Shown one piece after another: positions 59,846 through 64,000 of a stretch of DNA of 64,000 nucleotides. The position numbers and the translations under genes are program-made. The stretch comes from Candidatus Magasanikbacteria bacterium GW2011_GWA2_56_11 (GTDB lineage: Bacteria > Patescibacteriota > Patescibacteriia > Magasanikbacterales > UBA922): the NCBI GenBank assembly GCA_001004885.1, contig LCRX01000006.1, forward strand, positions 35,079 through 99,078. The letters are read 5' to 3'. Each line of letters begins with the position of its first letter. Within the stretch, counting starts at the first letter, position 1. The notes below the pieces were generated by a model. The model ran no database searches. It saw only the letters and a list, made by a program, of their open reading frames with translations, and was not told the DNA's origin.

Positions 59846-60083
59846 TGCCAGAAGGGCGCACCCGGCCGCCGCGGCGAGGAGGATAAGAAAGAGTAAGCTA
59901 CGTTTCAGACAAGTATTCTATATTAGAACCCACTCTCAAAAAAAATTGCGAGGCAATTTTGAGCTGTTTCGAGCGAAAATCTTTTGGCTTGAGCACACTA
60001 GCGGTGCTATGGCGACGCCAGCCGGACAATTGGCAGCGGTACAGGCACAAAATTGAGCCGTAAGTTTTTTTGGGCGGGGGTTT

Positions 60084-60920
60084 TTAGGAATAACGGTAAA
60101 CCAAGGTGTCAATAATGGCTTTTAGCTTTCGTTCAAAGGGATTGGGATACCGGGTGAAGGCTCGCAAAAGCACGTAGCGGTCAAAGACGTCCCACGGCAT
60201 TTCGCGGTTGGCGCCGTAGCCTTCCCAAAAAGCGTCGTAGCACAGAGAGTATTTGCGCTGTTCGGTACTGTCCGGATCGAGATACCGGCCGTACGGCAGC
60301 TCCAGGGCCACGACTGCCAGGTCATAGAGCGGATCCCCAAAAAATATCTGCGATGCTTTGTCAAAGATTAGTACCTCGTTATTTTTTATCAGCGCATTAT
60401 TGGGGTGCAGATCGCCGTGGATGAGCGCGTATGCGCGCGGGCGGTAGTCTTGCGTCAAAAACTCCAGGACGCGACAGATAGAGTCGCGCTCCGCGCGGCA
60501 GATATCCGAGCGCCGTTCTGTTACCCGCATGATTCCGTAGGCGATTTCTGACTGGATAAAATCCGGCCAGGATTCATTTTCCCACTCTCCGTCCGGAGCC
60601 AGGCGTCTGGCCCCGCTGTCTTCGATGGCGTGCATGCGCCTGGCTGTCCGGCCCCAATGCCGGTAGGCGTCTGGGGACAGGTGTTTGCCCACGGTTGGCG
60701 AATCGGGAATATAAGGAAACATGAGCTCGTTGGCGGCGAGCAGCGGGTGGTCAATAAAAGGCAGCGTCGGCACGCCATGCTCGCGCATGATCTCTACGAA
60801 GCGGCGCTCGTTTAGGATATCGTGCACAGAGGCGGTTTTGCGCACGTAATAGGCGCCGCCGACCTCTACCACATCGACCACCGAAGAGTGGGCGCCGTCA
60901 AGGTGCCGAATGAGCCGCAT
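60084..60920 (-). CDS. aminoglycoside phosphotransferase (APH)/choline-kinase-fold kinase
   Basis: Brenner motif HGDLHPNNALI and a DKASQIFFGDPLYD DFG-like motif. Confidence 0.7.
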   Translation of the reverse strand: MRLIRHLDGAHSSVVDVVEVGGAYYVRKTASVHDILNERRFVEIMREHGVPTLPFIDHPLLAANELMFPYIPDSPTVGKHLSPDAYRHWGRTARRMHAIEDSGARRLAPDGEWENESWPDFIQSEIAYGIMRVTERRSDICRAERDSICRVLEFLTQDYRPRAYALIHGDLHPNNALIKNNEVLIFDKASQIFFGDPLYDLAVVALELPYGRYLDPDSTEQRKYSLCYDAFWEGYGANREMPWDVFDRYVLLRAFTRYPNPFERKLKAIIDTLVYRYS

Positions 60921-60947
60921 AAATCGGAATTATTTTTGGGATGGGTT

Positions 60948-61478
60948 CTATTTGCCGATCCTGTCGAGGCGTTCGTAAAAACGGCGATACACCTCCCGCA
61001 GGAGTCGGGCATCGTCCAGGGCATTATGCTCGCGGTAACTGGTTTTATCAAGCTCAAGCTCCTGAAAAAAACTGTGTTTGCCCAGACTGTTGGGCGAATA
61101 CCCGCAGCCAAACAGGATAGAGGCAAAATCAATCGGAATCCAGTAGGCCGGATGTTCCTGGGCCGAGCCGAAGAGCTCGTACCAGTAGATCGCGTCGAAC
61201 TGGTTAACATAAGAAACCAGGTACGGCTTTTCATCGCCGATAAATTCCCGGATTAGTCGCCGCGCCTCTGTCCGGGTTGTTTTTTCGCCGGTCAGATGCG
61301 GCAGGACTTTTTGTTGCACCCATGGATGCGCCGGACCCGTGTGCTCGAGTTCCAGGTATAATTCTTCGCCAGTGTTTTTTACCAGGCCGACCGAAAGCAA
61401 CTCCCCCACCCTGGGGTTGAGGTCGGTAAACTCCGTATCATAAAAAATAATATTTTTGGAGTAAGGTGAGATTTCCAT
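60948..61478 (-). CDS. DEDDh 3'-5' exonuclease (oligoribonuclease / DnaQ-like)
   Basis: Exo I motif FYDTEFTDL, Exo II motif YVNQFDAIYW, and Exo III motif HNALDDARLL. Confidence 0.7.
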   Translation of the reverse strand: MEISPYSKNIIFYDTEFTDLNPRVGELLSVGLVKNTGEELYLELEHTGPAHPWVQQKVLPHLTGEKTTRTEARRLIREFIGDEKPYLVSYVNQFDAIYWYELFGSAQEHPAYWIPIDFASILFGCGYSPNSLGKHSFFQELELDKTSYREHNALDDARLLREVYRRFYERLDRIGK

Positions 61479-61843
61479 AGAATTCAGGCTTGGCTTGATG
61501 GTAGCAGCCGCTGCCGGTAGCTGTCAACCTTGACTCGGGTGCCAGCCGGTTTTGTCGGTCCTTACACCAGGGAGGCGATGTTATCCACATCGTTGACGAG
61601 TTTTCGAGAGTGTCGTTATGATAAATATGGAACGAGGCGGCATGGGTGCTGTCAAAACCTGCTATTATCCTCCACGTGTGTTATCTCCTTCCTTTTTCGC
61701 AATGTTACGGGCAAATACCGGCGCTGCGATCCCTTGCCGCGCCAGTTTTTGTCCCCTGCCCGTCGCCGCCTCGTTCCACCTTCCTATCGCTGTCTCTAGG
61801 AATCCATTTCAGACTTTTTTTATATAAATGCCGTTCGCATGGC

Positions 61844-62272
61844 CTAAAAAGGCGGTTCGCCGGTCCGTTTTACCGGTCCGGGCGCTCCGGGCCGCGGCGG
61901 CAGGTTTTGTCCTGCCAGCCGGGCTTTTTGGATCTCATCCGCGCTCGCCACGCTTTCGATTACGCCTATCCCCATCATGGCCAACGCCCGCCCCACAGCG
62001 CTGGTTTCGGCATTTTCTAAAGCGGCGGTGCGGTTGATGTAGCCCTCGCCAATAAGGGCCTGGCTGTAGCCGGTGAAGGCCCGTTCAGGGCGAGTGGCGT
62101 CTGGTATTACCGTCGCCTTGACAATTATCCGTTCCTCTTTGGGGTCGGAAATAAGCTCGGTCCGGATGGAGCCGTTCGGAAAATTTTCGTTGAAGTAAAT
62201 TACGCGGTCCGCCACCAGCACATACTTTTTGCCTTGGATGCGCACTGCCTTTTTCTCCAGGTCTTTCTCCAT
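61844..62272 (-). CDS. hypothetical protein
   Basis: 142 aa with a conserved-looking ETSAVGRALAMMGIG segment; the family is not recognised. Confidence 0.45.
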   Translation of the reverse strand: MEKDLEKKAVRIQGKKYVLVADRVIYFNENFPNGSIRTELISDPKEERIIVKATVIPDATRPERAFTGYSQALIGEGYINRTAALENAETSAVGRALAMMGIGVIESVASADEIQKARLAGQNLPPRPGAPGPVKRTGEPPF

Positions 62273-62289
62273 AAATTTGAGAAATAAAA

Positions 62290-62324
62290 AACCGCCTCTA
62301 TAATATAGAGACGGCTGGTTTGCC
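62290..62324 (-). terminator. rho-independent terminator on the minus strand
   Basis: On the minus strand, CCGUCUCUAUA-UU-AUAGAGGCGG with a G-U pair, followed by UUUUUUAUUUC. Confidence 0.5.
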
Positions 62325-62460
62325 GGCAGCTTACCGGCCCGGACCAGAGCTTCGACAAATGTGTTTACCCGGGCTTACCGGCCTTTGTTGAGCATAAAGA
62401 GCTTTTAAGTATGATTTCAGCGTAGAGTGTTTCTGTCCGTGAGGCAATCCCCCGCCAATA

Positions 62461-63711
62461 TTAGTTCAGAGTCAGCAGGCCAAGGCGGGTGTGGCCCGAT
62501 TTGAGCCGGCTTAATTCCCTAGTCCCGGTTCGCGCCGGCAGGCTTGACCCGAGATGCACTGTCGGACGGCCGAATTTGGCGGTGAGCGCGTCTATGGCCC
62601 GGTAAATGGTTTTGTAACGGCATAGCCGGAGGGGTAGCTCAAACAGGGAGCCCTGGATATGGTCCGCCTCGTGGAGCCCGGCCAGTACGACCCCGGTCGT
62701 TCTGTAATCCACTCCGGGCAAGTAGAGCCGCTCGAATAGTGGTTTTATTACCCTGATAATGTCTTCCGGATATCCGGACGCGCGGTTAAGCTCAGCTTCG
62801 AGCGCCGTGATTTTGAAGGCCTGGGTTTTTATAAATATGGTTACCCGTCTGGCCGCCAGGTTGTACGCTCTGGCCTTGCGGCAGGCGTTTTCGATATTTT
62901 TTACGAGTTCGGCGTAGATCGTTTCCCGCTCGTTTGTCGGGGTAAACGTGCCCGTTTTGGAGATGGAGGCGTACTCGGTTTTCGCCTCGGCAATAACCGG
63001 ATAGACACTGGCGCCGTTGAGTTCCCGCCAGATCTCTTGGTGTGGTTTGGCAAAATGTTCCTGGACAAAGGCGGCCGAACGCACCGCCAAATCATAGGCG
63101 GTAAATATTGAGAGCCCCCGCATATATTCGGCGGTATTGTGCCCTATACCCCAGACAGCTTCCACCGGAAAGTCGCGCAAATACTCCGGCAGGTCCTGGC
63201 GGCTGATCCAAGAGAGCCCGTCGGGCTTATTCCAGCTCGAAGCCAGTTTGGCCAGTACTTTGGTGGGCGCGAGTCCGACGGAAACCGTAATGTTGAGTTC
63301 GCGTTCGACAGTGTGTTTTATGGTTTCGGCAATCTTTTCGTATTTCATGCCCCCAGGGCCGGTCGCGCCGGTGATATCCATAAAGCCTTCGTCTATGCTG
63401 TATTCTTCCACCTCGGAGCTAAAACGGCGCATGATGGCGAATATCCGTTTGGAAAATAGAGAGTAGGACTCATAGTCTCCGGGCAAGATAATCGTTTCTG
63501 GGGCTACGCGCTTAATTTCTCCGATTGTCATCCCCCGCTTTACGCCGCGCCGTTTAGCCGGGTAGGAGAATGAAGTGGCGATGCCGCGATCGGCGCCGAC
63601 GACCACTGGTTTGCCTTTATACTCCGGGTGTAAGGCCTGTTCACAGCTGGCGAAAAAAGCGTCGGCGTCGAGATGGAGAATTGCCCGCGGGAAAAGTGTG
63701 GCTGAAGACAT
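62461..63711 (-). CDS. umuC: Y-family translesion DNA polymerase (UmuC/DinB-like)
   Basis: N-terminal ILHLDADAFFASCE catalytic motif and an SIDEGFMD motif. The gene is paired with the upstream UmuD-like gene. Confidence 0.85.
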   Translation of the reverse strand: MSSATLFPRAILHLDADAFFASCEQALHPEYKGKPVVVGADRGIATSFSYPAKRRGVKRGMTIGEIKRVAPETIILPGDYESYSLFSKRIFAIMRRFSSEVEEYSIDEGFMDITGATGPGGMKYEKIAETIKHTVERELNITVSVGLAPTKVLAKLASSWNKPDGLSWISRQDLPEYLRDFPVEAVWGIGHNTAEYMRGLSIFTAYDLAVRSAAFVQEHFAKPHQEIWRELNGASVYPVIAEAKTEYASISKTGTFTPTNERETIYAELVKNIENACRKARAYNLAARRVTIFIKTQAFKITALEAELNRASGYPEDIIRVIKPLFERLYLPGVDYRTTGVVLAGLHEADHIQGSLFELPLRLCRYKTIYRAIDALTAKFGRPTVHLGSSLPARTGTRELSRLKSGHTRLGLLTLN

Positions 63712-63743
63712 ATAGATCGCTTTTCCCTCCTTGTGAGTAGGTG

Positions 63744-64000
63744 TTAGTATTTCCGGATGACGCTTGTAACCACGCCGGCCACTTTGAGTTCGGTTTGCGG
63801 ATGGATATCCGGGTAGCGCTTGTTGGCCGGCCGGAGCAGTATCCTCCCTCCGCGTTCGATGTAATATTTCATCGTCCAGTCGCCGTCCACTTCGGCCACT
63901 ACGATGTCGCCGGTGCGCGGTTTTTTGGAGCGGTCAACTATGACCATGTCTCCCTCCACTATACCGGCGTCCGTCATCGAGTCGCCGGATACCGAGAGCA
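63744..64000 (-). CDS. umuD: LexA/UmuD-like S24 peptidase, partial (continues beyond the window edge)
   Basis: The frame is open to the window end and reads ...SVSGDSMTDAGIVEGDMVIVDRSKKPRTGDIVVAEV. This holds the GDSM Ser nucleophile and a downstream Lys, and the gene sits 33 nt upstream of umuC. Confidence 0.7.
   Translation of the reverse strand, partial: LSVSGDSMTDAGIVEGDMVIVDRSKKPRTGDIVVAEVDGDWTMKYYIERGGRILLRPANKRYPDIHPQTELKVAGVVTSVIRKY

Overview
This is a gene-dense bacterial chromosomal segment with high GC (about 60% by eye) and most genes on the + strand. The gene mix looks like a small-genome Patescibacteria/CPR-like bacterium, but that is inference only. It includes four aminoacyl-tRNA synthetases (LeuRS, ProRS, LysRS, SerRS), a type IV pilus and competence set (PilM, a receiver-only response regulator, pilin, PilD, and a split ComEC), a compact F1Fo ATP synthase operon with a short delta subunit, cell-wall and rod-shape genes (MreB/C/D, PBP2, MurF, DegT, FemAB-like, FtsQ), a UvrD-type helicase fused to a Cas4/AddB-like nuclease, and a UmuD/UmuC pair at the right edge. 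No rRNA, tRNA or CRISPR was found. The most unusual content is a tightly packed six-gene operon (27913-35120) behind a near-consensus promoter that resembles complex I / group-4 [NiFe]-hydrogenase (Hyf/Ehr-like). In it the NuoB-like subunit has lost three of its four Fe-S cysteines and the fused NuoC-NuoD/HycE-like large subunit has lost both NiFe cysteine motifs, and no ferredoxin-like subunit is present, so it looks like a redox-dead, antiporter-containing membrane module. Other notable items are listed below.
- LeuRS carries a complete inserted NUDIX domain.
- A foreign low-GC gene sits between atpA and atpG, and the 3' end of atpA is also low-GC.
- A roughly 150-bp intergenic element occurs twice (after the pilin gene and between atpH and atpA) and holds a long hairpin.
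- A stand-alone unit of consensus promoter, 39-codon Cys-rich peptide and terminator lies next to an ABC exporter.
- A roughly 3.4-kb low-GC island carries a PEP-utilizing-domain protein, a DUF2000-like protein and two LysE transporters.
- There is a RdgB-NUDIX fusion, a SemiSWEET, a MurF with an N-terminal membrane domain, and an apparent frameshift in mreC.
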